DNA of 64,000 nucleotides, from contig DAOUDW010000087.1 in the NCBI GenBank assembly GCA_034430895.1, positions 4,408 through 68,407 on the forward strand. The letters are read 5' to 3'. Positions 26,799 through 36,520 of this stretch are shown here, piece by piece. Each line of letters opens with the position of its first letter. Position 1 is the stretch's first letter. The stretch comes from Anaerolineales bacterium (GTDB taxonomy: Bacteria; Chloroflexota; Anaerolineae; Anaerolineales; E44-bin32). The translations under genes were made by a program, and so were the position numbers. The notes beneath the pieces were generated by a model. That model had not been told where the DNA came from. It did no database searches and saw only the letters and a program-made list of their open reading frames with translations.

Positions 26799-27938
26799 AT
26801 GGTCATGGAGAGAGGAACCATCGTGAAAAAAACCGTTTTCATCATCGTACTGCTGCTCGTTATCACCTCGCCTGGATTAAACGGGTGCAACCCCGGATTA
26901 CAAAATGAAGACGCAAACGTCATCGTGACTGATCTATTGGGGCGTGAAGTATCCATACCTACAACAGTAACCCGCGTGGTCGCCATCGGGCCGGGCGCGT
27001 TGCGCCTCTACGTCTACGCCGGGAATCTGGATTATGTTGTCGGTGTGGAACAAATCGAAGCCGAGCGTCCTACTGGAAGACCATATTTACTTGCACACCC
27101 CGAGCTGGCGAATTTGCCCGTCATCGGTCAAGGAGGCCCAAACAATGCTACGGACCCGGAGAAAATCCTGTTGATCGAGCCAGATGTAATCCTCAGCACG
27201 TATGTTGTAGATATGGCCGCGGCTGATGAGCTGCAAGCCAAGACTGGCATCCCCGTGGTTGCGATCAGTTATGGCTATGCCGGCTTTGGTATAACCAATC
27301 TCGCCGGGCCGGAAGTACCAGAATCGTTGCTGTTGATTGGACGGGTTATTGGCGACGAAACCAGAGCGCAAGCGGCTGTGGCCTTTTTACAACAAGTCCT
27401 GCAGGATCTGGACGAACGCACAATCGATATCCCTGAAGAAGATAGACCCTCGGTGTATGTGGGTGGCCTGGGCTCCAAGGGAACGCATGGTATCGAAAGC
27501 ACTCAGGGTGACTACTCCCTGCTGAATGTCATTCACGCCAAGAACATGGTGGATGAAACCGGGGTTAGCGGGTCCATTATGATCGACAAGGAGAAGTTAT
27601 TGGTCTGGGACCCGGACTTCATCTTTATCGACCAGGGCGGATGGGCGGCAATTGTTGAAGATTATCAAAAGAATCCTGTATATTACGAATCACTATCGGC
27701 AGTCCAGAATGGCAGAGTTTATTCACAACTGCCGTACAATTACTACAATACCAATATTGATACAGCGATCGCTGACGCTTATTATTTGGGGAAAATTCTC
27801 TACCCCATTGCCTTTGCAGATATTGATCCTTCGGAGAAAGCTGACGAAATCTACCTCGCTTTGTTGGGCCAACCCGTTTGCGCTCAGATGGCAGCTGATT
27901 TTGGCGGTTTCAGCGAACTATCCTTGGGCGATTCGTAA
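26799..27938 (+). CDS. periplasmic-binding-protein (cluster A-2, iron-siderophore/B12 type) lipoprotein
   Basis: Lipobox LNGC and a PBP_2-like pattern (RVVAIGPGALRLYVYAG, PDVILSTY). Third gene of the importer operon. Confidence 0.75.
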   Translation: MVMERGTIVKKTVFIIVLLLVITSPGLNGCNPGLQNEDANVIVTDLLGREVSIPTTVTRVVAIGPGALRLYVYAGNLDYVVGVEQIEAERPTGRPYLLAHPELANLPVIGQGGPNNATDPEKILLIEPDVILSTYVVDMAAADELQAKTGIPVVAISYGYAGFGITNLAGPEVPESLLLIGRVIGDETRAQAAVAFLQQVLQDLDERTIDIPEEDRPSVYVGGLGSKGTHGIESTQGDYSLLNVIHAKNMVDETGVSGSIMIDKEKLLVWDPDFIFIDQGGWAAIVEDYQKNPVYYESLSAVQNGRVYSQLPYNYYNTNIDTAIADAYYLGKILYPIAFADIDPSEKADEIYLALLGQPVCAQMAADFGGFSELSLGDS

Positions 27939-28404
27939 AGGAGAATACAAGGGCGAATCTCAGAGTTTTCCGATGGGTGTATTGGCCGAATTTGAACATC
28001 TTCTACGCAATGCAGTCATGGTCTTGGCTTCTTGATTGGAAAGGCTGATCGTGATTTCATTTCTCCACCATTTATATGAAACCAACCTGTATATGATTGA
28101 ATGGCATATAAATCTTACAAATAGATATTTGACATTATCATAACCATCTTGTAATTTCGGGCAGCATCAGCTATTTAATATTTGGGAACACTACATCCAG
28201 ATGATGTTATTCCCTGAAATATAAAAATGGGGTAAGGTCATATTTTTGGTTGTGAATTTGGATTCTATATTTTCGTTTCATAGTATTACGGTGTAAATCA
28301 TCGTATTTGCTTTGTGACAGTCAACACTTGGGGGCGGTTGCACTTGGGTGTAGATTCCGATGTATGATATAGTAGCGAGCGTGATGAGGGAACGGAGGTC
28401 GATC

Positions 28405-28626
28405 ATGGCACGCCAGGTTTGGCAGGTTCTTAAAACCAAACACTGTGAACGCATCGGCGAGATCGCTTCGTTGGAAGTACATCTCATCTTCCCGGCCGAT
28501 ATCCTGCCGGACCAGGGGCCGCGGGTGATCGGCCATCGCTGCTCACACGGTTTGCGCTGCAATCAACTCGATTCGCCCACCTGCCAGTGGGCAGGGACGC
28601 TGCCGGGTTACGATCCTTTCTGTTAA
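28405..28626 (+). CDS. 73-aa Cys4 protein of unknown function (copy 2)
   Basis: Differs from copy 1 at 3 of 73 residues. The shared upstream block tttcatagtattacggtgtaaatc is also duplicated. Confidence 0.55.
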   Translation: MARQVWQVLKTKHCERIGEIASLEVHLIFPADILPDQGPRVIGHRCSHGLRCNQLDSPTCQWAGTLPGYDPFC

Positions 28627-28722
28627 GTCCCTCGTTCTGCATTATCGTTCTTTCTTGGAATCAAACGGTGCCCGTGATCGACGGGCACCGTGCGCGTCTC
28701 GCATTCTTCTTGGGGCTTTCGG

Positions 28723-29913
28723 TCAGATCACGCCGAGGCTGTGCGCAACCTTTTCGATCGCCATAATCCCAAATTCGAGATCCGCTTGCTCGTGGGCAGC
28801 GGAGATCATCACGCGGATGCGGGCCTTGCCCTGCGGCACGGTGGGGAAACCGATCGCCGTGGCGAAAACGCCTTCGTCGTAGAGCGCCTGGCTGAACTGC
28901 TGCGCCAGGGGGGCTTCGCCCAGAAGGATGGGCGTGATCGGGGTCGTGCTCACGCCCGAGTCGAGGCCGAGATTGGCGACCTCGCTCTTGAAGAATTCCG
29001 TGTTCTTCCACAGGCGCTGGACGAACTCGTCCGATTCTTCCAGCAAGTCGATGGCAGCGATGCAGGCAGCAACGTCGGGCACGGTCATCGCCGAGGAAAA
29101 CAGGAAGGGGCGCCCGCGCTGACGCAGCCAATCGATGATTTCCTGCCTGCCCGCGACCATTCCGCCCACAACGCCGAAGGCTTTCGAGAAAGTGCCCATC
29201 TCGATATCGACTTTACCGTGCAGGCCGAAGTGATCGACAATGCCGCGTCCGTTCTTTCCCAGCACGCCCTCGCCGTGGGCGTCGTCGACCATGAGCAGAC
29301 AGTCGTTTTCCTCGGCCACGGCGGAGAGTTCGTCGAGGGGGGCAATGTCGCCGTCCATGCTGAAAACGCCGTCCGTCACGATCAAGGCGCGGCGGAAATT
29401 CCGGGTGCGGTTTTCTGCAATCCGGCAGCGCAGGTCTTCGGCGTTGCTGTGTGCATAGCGGGCGATGGTCGCTCGTGAAAGCCGGCAGCCGTCGATAATG
29501 CTGGCGTGATTGAGTTCGTCCGAGTAGATGATGTCTTTTTTGTCAACCAACGCCGGAATGGTGGCCAGGTTGGCGTTGAATCCGGATTGGAAGGTGATCG
29601 CCGATTCCACACCCTTGAACGCCGCCACGCGGCGCTCCAATTCGAGATGCAGCTCCATCGTGCCGGCGATCGTGCGCACCGCGGCGGGACCGATGCCATA
29701 TTGGTCCAGGGCGTCGTGGGCTGCCTGGATCAATGCGGGATGATTGGCCAGGCCGAGGTAGTTGTTGGAGCAAAAGTTGAGTACCTTGCGTCCGTCGACG
29801 GTCAGCCAGGCGCCCTGTGCGGAGTTCAAGGTTCGAATGTTGGTCAACAAACCGTTTTGCTTCAGGGTGTCCAGGGCGTCGCGAATCCAGGAGAGCTTCT
29901 TAGTTTTGGTCAT
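28723..29913 (-). CDS. kbl: alpha-oxoamine synthase, glycine C-acetyltransferase (2-amino-3-ketobutyrate CoA ligase)-like
   Basis: NFCSNNYLGLANHP, SDELNHASIIDG, DGVFSMDGDIAPL, DDAHGEGVLG and PLP-lysine GTFSKAFG. BioF cannot be excluded without a search. Confidence 0.7.
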   Translation of the reverse strand: MTKTKKLSWIRDALDTLKQNGLLTNIRTLNSAQGAWLTVDGRKVLNFCSNNYLGLANHPALIQAAHDALDQYGIGPAAVRTIAGTMELHLELERRVAAFKGVESAITFQSGFNANLATIPALVDKKDIIYSDELNHASIIDGCRLSRATIARYAHSNAEDLRCRIAENRTRNFRRALIVTDGVFSMDGDIAPLDELSAVAEENDCLLMVDDAHGEGVLGKNGRGIVDHFGLHGKVDIEMGTFSKAFGVVGGMVAGRQEIIDWLRQRGRPFLFSSAMTVPDVAACIAAIDLLEESDEFVQRLWKNTEFFKSEVANLGLDSGVSTTPITPILLGEAPLAQQFSQALYDEGVFATAIGFPTVPQGKARIRVMISAAHEQADLEFGIMAIEKVAHSLGVI

Positions 29914-29917
29914 GTGG

Positions 29918-30202
29918 TTATCGGCCTTCCTTATCTTCCGCAGATAATTGCTTTTGTGAGTCAATCAGGGCGAGTTTTCGATCTCGCGAGAGCGATTTGA
30001 TCGCCCGTTCGCGCTGCATGGCGGCGGACCGATCGGGGAGACGTTCGAGGTAGGCGAGACGAAGGGGCCGGCGAGAGCGCGTGTAGCGAGCGCCGCGGCC
30101 GGCGTTGTGGTCCCGCAGGCGCCGTTCGGGATGGGTCGTCCAACCGGTGTAGAGCGTCCCGTCGGCGCACTCCAAAACGTAGCAGTAAAACTCGCTCACC
30201 AA
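29918..30202 (-). CDS. GIY-YIG nuclease family protein (UPF0213-like)
   Basis: FYCYVLECADGTLYTGWTTHPERRLRDHN...RPLRLAYLE...AMQRERAIK. Confidence 0.8.
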   Translation of the reverse strand: MVSEFYCYVLECADGTLYTGWTTHPERRLRDHNAGRGARYTRSRRPLRLAYLERLPDRSAAMQRERAIKSLSRDRKLALIDSQKQLSAEDKEGR

Positions 30203-30278
30203 CTCATTATACGATCACTGCGACCGGGAGAACAATTCCGGGGTACTCTTGGCGGCGGTTTTTTCCGAGAGATCGATA

Positions 30279-31262
30279 TTATTCGCCATCGTCGGGCAAA
30301 TGAAAACCGAGTAGTTTATCAATCATGCTGCGGCGTTCGGGGATGCGCTCGGATGGAGTGCTCCGCTCCGTTCGTACGCCATGCTGCCGGGAAGTCAGCC
30401 ACTGGGTGCGGGCGGTGTGTGCCGAAGCGATGTATTCATCGAGCGATTTCCCACTTTCGTCTGCGAGCGCATGATGCAGGTTTTGGAGTTCTCCCATGAA
30501 GTGCAGCAGTTTACCACGAAGGATTTCCCGGTTGAGGGAGGACAGGTCCTCGGGATCCTTGGCAGGCGGTTCGCTGCAAAGCGCAGTAATGCTGGCGAAG
30601 GTCGTCCCTGCCATGCGCTGCATGTCCCGCCAGTTCCCCGCTTTGGAAGCCGCTTGCAGGATGGCCGCGCTGATCAACCTCGGCAGCCATTCCACGGAGG
30701 TCGTAATCCCATCATGTTCGTCCGGGTCGATGAAGATGGGCGTGGCGCCCAGCAGTCTGGCCAAATCAAGACCACTATCAACAGCTTCTTCCGATCCGCT
30801 TCCGGGGACAACGATGGCCATGAGGCTATTCTGGAACAGGTCGATTCTGGGTTGGTGCTTTTCTTCCCGTTCGCCGAAAAGATTATCTGCACCAATGATG
30901 GGCGTTACGCCGAGATAATGGCGATCAGCCGGCAGGAATTCCCGGGCCCACTGGAAGGCCAGGGAACGCGCCGGTGAGGTGTCGATGACGATCCCTTCGG
31001 GTTTAAGCTGCTTTCCCAGCATTTCGAGCTGATCGCGAACGGCGGAAGGCGGAAGATCGAGTATCACGATGTCCGCCGATTTCGAAGCCTTTTTGGGATT
31101 GGAAACCAATCGATCGAATATGCCGAGTTCTTTGGCTCGGCGCGTATATTTCTTTGTGGGATCGAATCCTACAAGCTTGATGTCGGATTCCGATCTGGCG
31201 AAGTTCATGGCGATCGAAGTTCCGATCTGGCCCAGGCCGATAAATAAAGCCTCGTGGCTCAT
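30279..31262 (-). CDS. tyrA: prephenate/arogenate dehydrogenase
   Basis: N-terminal Rossmann FIGLGQIGTSIA, HYLGVTPI catalytic-His region, and a C-terminal dimerisation domain. Confidence 0.65.
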   Translation of the reverse strand: MSHEALFIGLGQIGTSIAMNFARSESDIKLVGFDPTKKYTRRAKELGIFDRLVSNPKKASKSADIVILDLPPSAVRDQLEMLGKQLKPEGIVIDTSPARSLAFQWAREFLPADRHYLGVTPIIGADNLFGEREEKHQPRIDLFQNSLMAIVVPGSGSEEAVDSGLDLARLLGATPIFIDPDEHDGITTSVEWLPRLISAAILQAASKAGNWRDMQRMAGTTFASITALCSEPPAKDPEDLSSLNREILRGKLLHFMGELQNLHHALADESGKSLDEYIASAHTARTQWLTSRQHGVRTERSTPSERIPERRSMIDKLLGFHLPDDGE

Positions 31263-31271
31263 ACTGTCACC

Positions 31272-31790
31272 TCAATTATTCCCGTCGGCTTGCTGCAAGC
31301 GAAGGAGTAAACGATCGATTTCCGAGCGGGGATGCGAAGTGGGAGTTTCCTGGTGGCGGCTGATCAGGGTAATCAATTCTTCTCTTCCGCCTGCGGCACG
31401 GACGATCTTGGCGCCCCACTGCGGATGTTGCGCGGCGATGACGAACGGCCGCCGCCAGCCTCGCGGATCTCCCACTCCCCAGCGTTCGATTGCATCGGGG
31501 ATTATAGCCCTACCGAGCACCACCAATATGCGGTCCCACAGTCGAAAAGGGTGGCGGGATTTGCCCACATCGTGCAGCAGTGCCGCGGCGCACAACGTAG
31601 GGTCTGCTTCGCCCGCGGCGCATACGGAACGTAAGACCCGCAAGCCGTGAAGCTGATCCGAGCGGTTCATGCGCTGGAAGACTTCTATAAGGGAAGGCGA
31701 GAGGGTTTTTTCGATGAGCAGGTTATCTTCGGGGGTCAGTCTGGCGAAAAGGGCGTGAAAGAATTGCGATGCCCGGTAGATGATCTTCAT
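31272..31790 (-). CDS. HD-domain phosphohydrolase
   Basis: HGLRVL ... LLHDVGK motif pair. Confidence 0.7.
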   Translation of the reverse strand: MKIIYRASQFFHALFARLTPEDNLLIEKTLSPSLIEVFQRMNRSDQLHGLRVLRSVCAAGEADPTLCAAALLHDVGKSRHPFRLWDRILVVLGRAIIPDAIERWGVGDPRGWRRPFVIAAQHPQWGAKIVRAAGGREELITLISRHQETPTSHPRSEIDRLLLRLQQADGNN

Positions 31791-32488
31791 GTGCCCGGAA
31801 CGAGGAGGTTGAAGATAAAATCTGCCGGCGCGCCGATGATAAGGTCGAGTAAATTGAAACCCGTAAAATTGCCCATCAAAATGATGGCAATGAGGATCAT
31901 CGGTCCATAAGGGCGCAGGCGATAAAGCACGTCCTGCCCACCGGGCGGGAGGAAGTAATCGGCTACTTTCTCACCATCGAGCGGAAAGATGGGCAGCAGA
32001 TTGAAGAAGAGCAGGATGAGATTAAGGTAGATGAACATCGATAGGAACACAACGAGGGTACTGAAAGTCGGGATGCCGCCGGAAGTAAATAAGCCCATAC
32101 GGAAGGGGATCGCCGCAAGAATGGCGAGCAGCAAGTTCGAAAAGGGTCCTGCCATCGCCACGAGCATGAATCCGGCTGGCGTTCGTCGCCGCAGGGCAAA
32201 GTAGTTCACAGGGACCGGTTTGGCCCAGCCAAACCCTGCGATGATGAACATCAGGGAACCCCATAGATCGAGGTGAGCGAGCGGGTTGAGGGTCAACCGT
32301 CCGGCCAGGCGGGGTGTATCGTCGCCCAGTTGGTCCGCAGACCAGGCGTGTGCGAATTCGTGGACGGTGAGCGAGACCACCAGGGTGATCAAGATAGGTG
32401 CAATTAGAATCGGTTCAAGGCCAAACACGTTCAGGATTATACCACTGGGAATATTTACATGACCTGGCAGCGCATCTGCTTGCCACAC
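31787..32488 (-). CDS. site-2 protease (M50) family metalloprotease
   Basis: HEFAHA zinc motif in the first TM helices and LPIFPLDGEK second motif. Confidence 0.8.
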   Translation of the reverse strand: MWQADALPGHVNIPSGIILNVFGLEPILIAPILITLVVSLTVHEFAHAWSADQLGDDTPRLAGRLTLNPLAHLDLWGSLMFIIAGFGWAKPVPVNYFALRRRTPAGFMLVAMAGPFSNLLLAILAAIPFRMGLFTSGGIPTFSTLVVFLSMFIYLNLILLFFNLLPIFPLDGEKVADYFLPPGGQDVLYRLRPYGPMILIAIILMGNFTGFNLLDLIIGAPADFIFNLLVPGT

Positions 32489-32527
32489 ACGCGGGTGGTA
32501 TAATCCGCGCCAATCCGATATGTTGGT

Positions 32528-32749
32528 TTGTGGTGTGCAATGCTGCCGGATTTACAAATGGGAGACGTTCTGCGTTTACGCAAGCCGCATCCGTGCGGGA
32601 ACACGGATTGGGTCGTCGTGCGTCTGGGTGCAGACATCGGTTTGAAATGCCTGGGATGCGGCCGACGCATTCTGCTGCCGCGCAGGGAAGTCGCTCGAAG
32701 GATGAAGGCGTACGTTTCCAAGGGCGGGGTGGATGTGAGTGGGAAATAA
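32528..32749 (+). CDS. DUF951-family small protein
   Basis: [44 protein letters not shown] matches the conserved DUF951 pattern. Confidence 0.7.
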   Translation: MWCAMLPDLQMGDVLRLRKPHPCGNTDWVVVRLGADIGLKCLGCGRRILLPRREVARRMKAYVSKGGVDVSGK

Positions 32750-33050
32750 ATGGACAGGAGCTGCTTTCGGTTGATCGCTTGAAGAATCACCGAATTCAAG
32801 CGGTCATTTCCAGGTGGGTTTTGCCTTTGAAATGGGGTGTCGGTAGAAATCGAAGGGTGAATCTGCAGGCGCAGAACGCGTCGATACTACGGAGCAAAAT
32901 GCATCGCTGCCTTGATCCTCCTTCTCGAAGGATGCGCGAAAACATGATGCACTTCTTCGACCGTACAGTACCATCGAGCAAAGTTGAGATTTCAATCGAT
33001 GCGCTTACGTTTTGATCATTGTTCGTAAGATATTACGCCCCAATTGAAGT

Positions 33051-33224
33051 CTATAGATTAGTGATGACGTTACTGTACATGTTCCCCACTGCGCCGCCAA
33101 AAAGGGCCAGTATCACGATCACAATGATCGCGACGAGAACGAGGATTAGAGCATACTCCAATAGCCCCTGACCGCGTGGGAAATAATATAATGAACGAAG
33201 ACTTCGAAAAAATATGGCTTTCAT
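33051..33224 (-). CDS. Flp/Fap-family type IVb pilin (57 aa; absent from the ORF track)
   Basis: My translation is MKAIFFRSLRSLYYFPRGQGLLEYALILVLVAIIVIVILALFGGAVGNMYSNVITNL*. It carries the Flp processing motif G-(Q)-G/LLEYALIL. Confidence 0.7.
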   Translation of the reverse strand: MKAIFFRSLRSLYYFPRGQGLLEYALILVLVAIIVIVILALFGGAVGNMYSNVITNL

Positions 33225-33332
33225 AATGTAAGTATAGTATAGGGTCGCATATCAACACCACTCAATAGTATTCTTGGGTGGGGTATTAATGTAGGAAGAA
33301 AACTCGTTCTAGGAGCGTGCAAAGGAGGATTC

Positions 33333-33653
33333 ATGCACAAGCTGATGCTCCTTTTTCGAAGACCGATGGATGTTGAGATGTTCGAGACCCGTTGGAGCCA
33401 CGATTTTGTGCGCGCGGCGGAGAAAATGCCCGAAATCCGACGTGTGACCGTGAGCAGAATCAACGGAGGGATTTCCAAAGCGGTTGATGTACATCTCGTG
33501 CACGAATTCTATTTCGATAATTTCGAAGCCATGCGGCGTGCGATGGCATCCCCGAACGGGCAAAAGGCTGGAAAGATCCTGATGAGCTTTGCAGCAGATA
33601 TCGTAACGCTTTGTTTCGCGGAACATTGGGAAGATGATTGTGTAAGATCGTAG
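33333..33653 (+). CDS. EthD-family (TIGR02118-like) protein
   Basis: MHKLMLLFRRP...FETRWSHDFV...VHEFYFDNFEAMRRAMASPNGQKA pattern. Confidence 0.65.
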   Translation: MHKLMLLFRRPMDVEMFETRWSHDFVRAAEKMPEIRRVTVSRINGGISKAVDVHLVHEFYFDNFEAMRRAMASPNGQKAGKILMSFAADIVTLCFAEHWEDDCVRS

Positions 33654-33701
33654 CGCTGGTATATACGTTTTTTATTACGATAGGGTATTTATAGGAGATC
33701 G

Positions 33702-34187
33702 ATGATGTTGACACCGGATGATTTGGCGGCATTTATCAGGAAGAACGATGTCGAAGCGGAGGTGATCGTTCTGGACGAGGCGACGACCACCGTCGAGGAT
33801 GCTGCACGAGCTGTTGGCACCTCCTCGAAGCAAATCGTAAAAAGTCTGCTCTTTCTCATCGATGGGAAACCGGTATTGGCGATTGCGTGCGGAGAAACGC
33901 GCATCGATCGCCGTCCGATTGCGCAGCATTTTGGGGTAGGACGCAAACGGGTGAAAATGGCCGATTCGGATTCGGTCTTGAAATTCACTGGCTACCCGAT
34001 TGGGGCGGTGCCGCCCTTTGGGATGCCCGAGCAGCCAAGCACGCTCATGGATGCACGTCTTTTTGAACACGAGGTTGTCTATGCGGGAGGCGGTGATATC
34101 CATGCCCTCATTAAGGTGAATCCCCTGGAGATTGAACGGGCGACGAGTGGCATTCGTTTGGACCTGCTCAACCTGGATGATGGCTAA
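33702..34187 (+). CDS. YbaK/EbsC-type aminoacyl-tRNA deacylase
   Basis: VKSLLFLIDGKPVLAIACGETRID...TGYPIGAVPPFG. Confidence 0.75.
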   Translation: MMLTPDDLAAFIRKNDVEAEVIVLDEATTTVEDAARAVGTSSKQIVKSLLFLIDGKPVLAIACGETRIDRRPIAQHFGVGRKRVKMADSDSVLKFTGYPIGAVPPFGMPEQPSTLMDARLFEHEVVYAGGGDIHALIKVNPLEIERATSGIRLDLLNLDDG

Positions 34188-34892
34188 ATGAAAAGACCAT
34201 TGGGTTTGGGTATTTCCTTTCTGGTTGTCGTTGCGCTGGTGGCTGCCTATTTAATCTACCAGGGCTATCGAACCACGGCCGGCCGCTTGCAGCGATTGCG
34301 TCAGTATTGGGAAAATCCCGAAGCGCAAATTGAGGGTGTGATTCACGCCGGAGAACGATGCGGGGATGCGCCTTTCGTCATGCCCACTGATGGATGGGTC
34401 GGATTTCTGTGGGGTGATTCCTTCCGTCCCGGGCATACCCACCAGGGTGTGGATATTTTTGGCGCGGATGGCCTGGGGAAAACACCGGTTGTGGCAGCTT
34501 ATGATGGTTATCTGACGCGCCTGCCTGATTGGCGCTCCTCGGTTATTCTGCGCATAGAGCACGATCCCCTGAAGCCTTCGCGGCAGATTTGGGTCTACTA
34601 CACCCATATGGCAGACCCATATGGCAACTCCTTTATCGTGGATGCTTTTCCTCCCGGCACGTCCGACCAATTTGTCAAAGCTGGAACCCTGCTTGGGTAT
34701 CAAGGCAATTACTCGGCCGATCCTGACAATCCTACTGGAATCCATTTACATTTCTCCATCGTGAAGGACGATGGGGAGGGTAACTTCAAGAATGAGTTGG
34801 AGATTAAAAACACCATTGACCCTTCGCCTTACTTGGGGATGGAGCTCAACGCCGATAAGGTAGGAGACGGGATTGCAACCTGCGTGGAGTGA
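34188..34892 (+). CDS. M23-family metallopeptidase (membrane anchored)
   Basis: HQGVDIF and GIHLHFSI zinc-ligand motifs with an N-terminal TM helix. Confidence 0.8.
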   Translation: MKRPLGLGISFLVVVALVAAYLIYQGYRTTAGRLQRLRQYWENPEAQIEGVIHAGERCGDAPFVMPTDGWVGFLWGDSFRPGHTHQGVDIFGADGLGKTPVVAAYDGYLTRLPDWRSSVILRIEHDPLKPSRQIWVYYTHMADPYGNSFIVDAFPPGTSDQFVKAGTLLGYQGNYSADPDNPTGIHLHFSIVKDDGEGNFKNELEIKNTIDPSPYLGMELNADKVGDGIATCVE

Positions 34893-35062
34893 TTGTCGGA
34901 CTGCGCGGCGTGGAATGTGGCTGCGAATCCGATTCGAGCATATCATTGGATTGCCTGGACAGGGTAGAGACTCAGTTTGTTGGGAATTTAACTTTCGAAT
35001 TTCCAGATGTGGGACGTTCATGAGAATGGAATCGAATACAACTGCGAGATGTTTATTGCCTG

Positions 35063-35863
35063 ATGCCCTCCTATCGTGATTTGATCCACGCCTTCCGCCA
35101 AGTAGAACTCGGCTCGCACAGTCAAGTGCTCCTACACGCGTCTATATCCTCATTGCCGCCGATTCCCGGCGGGGCGGAAACGGTCATTGGTGCGCTGCTG
35201 TCGACCTGCGATGCATTAATCACACCCGCATTTACACTGCGTTCGATGATCACACCGGGTGTGGGACCTGCGGATAATGCTTTGGATTATGGACAGGCTA
35301 ACGAGCAGAATTTGCACGCCGAGATCTACAGCCTCGATTTGCCTGCGGATGACGGTCCGGACAGTATCCCGGAAACCTTGCGCCAACATCAAGGCGCGCT
35401 GCGTTCGAATCATCCCCTGCTTTCCTTTGTGGGCGTAAATGCCGATGAGGCCTTGCAAGCGCAGTCTATCGACGAACCCTGGGCGCCCATCGCTTGGCTG
35501 GCGGACTATGACGCTGACGTTGTTTTGCTGGGTGTCGATCACACGGCCAATGTCAGTTTGCATTACGCCGAATTGAAAGCCGGTCGACATCAATTCGTGC
35601 GTTGGGCATTGACGCCCGGTAGTGTGGTCGAATGTCCGAATTTCCCGGGTTGTTCCGCTGGTTTTCAGGCGGTCGCCTCGCGGTTAGAGAGCGTCCATCG
35701 CACCGCCCAATTGGGGGAATTGACGATCGAGGCCATTCCACTTCGAGATATGATCAATATTACGGTGGGCTGGATTCACGAAGACTCTCGTGCTTTGTTG
35801 TGCGATCGCGAGGGCTGCCCATGTTGTGCTGCGGTGCGAACTGCCGTGCGCGTCAATCAATGA
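35063..35863 (+). CDS. AAC(3)-family N-acetyltransferase-like protein
   Basis: VLLHASISSLPPIPGGAETVIGAL, NVSLHYAEL and a C-terminal CDREGCPCC. Confidence 0.6.
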   Translation: MPSYRDLIHAFRQVELGSHSQVLLHASISSLPPIPGGAETVIGALLSTCDALITPAFTLRSMITPGVGPADNALDYGQANEQNLHAEIYSLDLPADDGPDSIPETLRQHQGALRSNHPLLSFVGVNADEALQAQSIDEPWAPIAWLADYDADVVLLGVDHTANVSLHYAELKAGRHQFVRWALTPGSVVECPNFPGCSAGFQAVASRLESVHRTAQLGELTIEAIPLRDMINITVGWIHEDSRALLCDREGCPCCAAVRTAVRVNQ

Positions 35864-36016
35864 TTTCCTTGGCTTGATTAAGGACGGTTAAGTATGCGGA
35901 AGCTGCAATTCAATCCGCGCGAAAGTACCGTAGATGATTGGATTTTTTGTGTCGCATAATTCTTTTTTCCATCATAAAATCATAGGACTTTCGACTTCCT
36001 GACACGTGCACAATCC

Positions 36017-36457
36017 GTGGTAAGATTTATTGAAAATATTTTCAAATGGTTTCCTGTAGAGATGACAGAACCCGAAAAAATCACTATCGTTGAAGGTCCC
36101 ACACCTACATTCGAGTTGGTATCAGACCCCTGGCTGCACAGCCTAATCGAGAGTCCGCTTCCATCACGCGTGGCTATGTGTAGAGTGCGTGCTTTCAACG
36201 GGCCGGCTTTGGTCGAACGCTGCTACCGCGCCTGGCACGCCGGCGAACCCATCTATCTCGAATTTCGCGATGAAGAAGGCCTGACCGACCAGGCCAGTAT
36301 CATTGCCGTTCGTTGGATGGAACAAGATGAAGGGGACATGCTCCTGCTTTGGGTACGTTTGGAAGAAACCGACATTGAGATCGAATTCGACATTGATTTC
36401 GACGATTTCGATTTCGACGACGATTTCGACGGACCTGATCTCAGTACTCCCTTTTAA
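36017..36457 (+). CDS. hypothetical protein with extremely acidic C-terminus
   Basis: ORF with tail DIEIEFDIDFDDFDFDDDFDGPD. The start may be the ATG at 36062. Confidence 0.4.
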   Translation: MVRFIENIFKWFPVEMTEPEKITIVEGPTPTFELVSDPWLHSLIESPLPSRVAMCRVRAFNGPALVERCYRAWHAGEPIYLEFRDEEGLTDQASIIAVRWMEQDEGDMLLLWVRLEETDIEIEFDIDFDDFDFDDDFDGPDLSTPF

Positions 36458-36520
36458 AAATCCAAGCTGCCCGCAGGGACAGCTTGAAGAAGAGATGTAA
36501 TCTTCCAGTATTCGATCGCT

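Noticed and set aside
28690-30000. Plus-strand ORFs 28690-29478 and 29506-30000 opposite the kbl-like gene
   Set aside because: The minus-strand frame carries unambiguous alpha-oxoamine synthase motifs. The plus-strand translations are shadow ORFs.
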